64,000 nucleotides of DNA. Origin: Roseibacillus sp. GTDB lineage: Bacteria > Verrucomicrobiota > Verrucomicrobiia > Verrucomicrobiales > Akkermansiaceae. The notes under the pieces were generated by a model. It was given only the letters and a program-made list of their open reading frames with translations. It made no database searches and was not told where the DNA came from. The stretch lies in the NCBI GenBank assembly GCA_051251855.1, contig JBPOGI010000002.1, forward strand, positions 749,605 to 813,604. Reading direction: 5' to 3'. Shown piece after piece: positions 63,898 to 64,000 of this stretch (within the stretch, counting starts at the first letter, position 1; each line of letters opens with the position of its first letter). The position numbers were made by a program, and so were the translations under genes.

Positions 63898-64000
63898 GAG
63901 ATGTGGCCCACGAGAAACCAACCAAGCCGGTTACGACCAGAGTGTCCGACCGGCTAATTAGTCTCCGTGTGAATGTTCCTTTACAGTGCGAATTTTTAGA

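Overview
Bacterial chromosomal window, most likely Verrucomicrobiota. Evidence: PVC-type planctomycete-cytochrome/DUF1549/DUF1553 proteins occur together with ftsZ, and secreted proteins carry Verrucomicrobia-like C-termini. All family assignments come from motif recognition by eye; no searches were run. 1-13.1 kb is a nitrate/nitrite-type locus with a porin, LysR, a signal-less NrtA/NasS-like sensor, NrtA, an FGE/NirV-like protein and an NrtB with a coiled-coil insert. It also holds an unusual four-gene redox operon: a NirB-like NADH/FAD/[2Fe-2S] module fused to a putative diheme-b membrane domain with no siroheme part, an 11-heme cytochrome c, a DUF3365-like heme lipoprotein and a cytochrome c5 lipoprotein, followed by a globin. 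Five genes of this locus share a promoter layout: a sigma54-like GG-N10-GC element with an ATGA-N7-TCAT (LysR-type) box, complete or partial, 50-51 bp upstream. 30-43 kb is a TonB-dependent receptor / surface protein / extended TonB-ExbBD / OprO-P-like porin cluster with three copies of a Pho-box-like GTGAC-N6-GTCAC motif. The rest is mostly housekeeping or envelope genes: htrA, lnt, moeA, leuC, pyrE, bamD, lptE, rsmI, a ROK kinase, ftsZ, a two-component pair and a site-2 protease. There is also an MnmC(o)-like/MnmM-like gene pair, a dispersed REP-like doublet, and a probable stable-RNA promoter at the right edge. No CRISPR array, tRNA, rRNA or transposase was seen.
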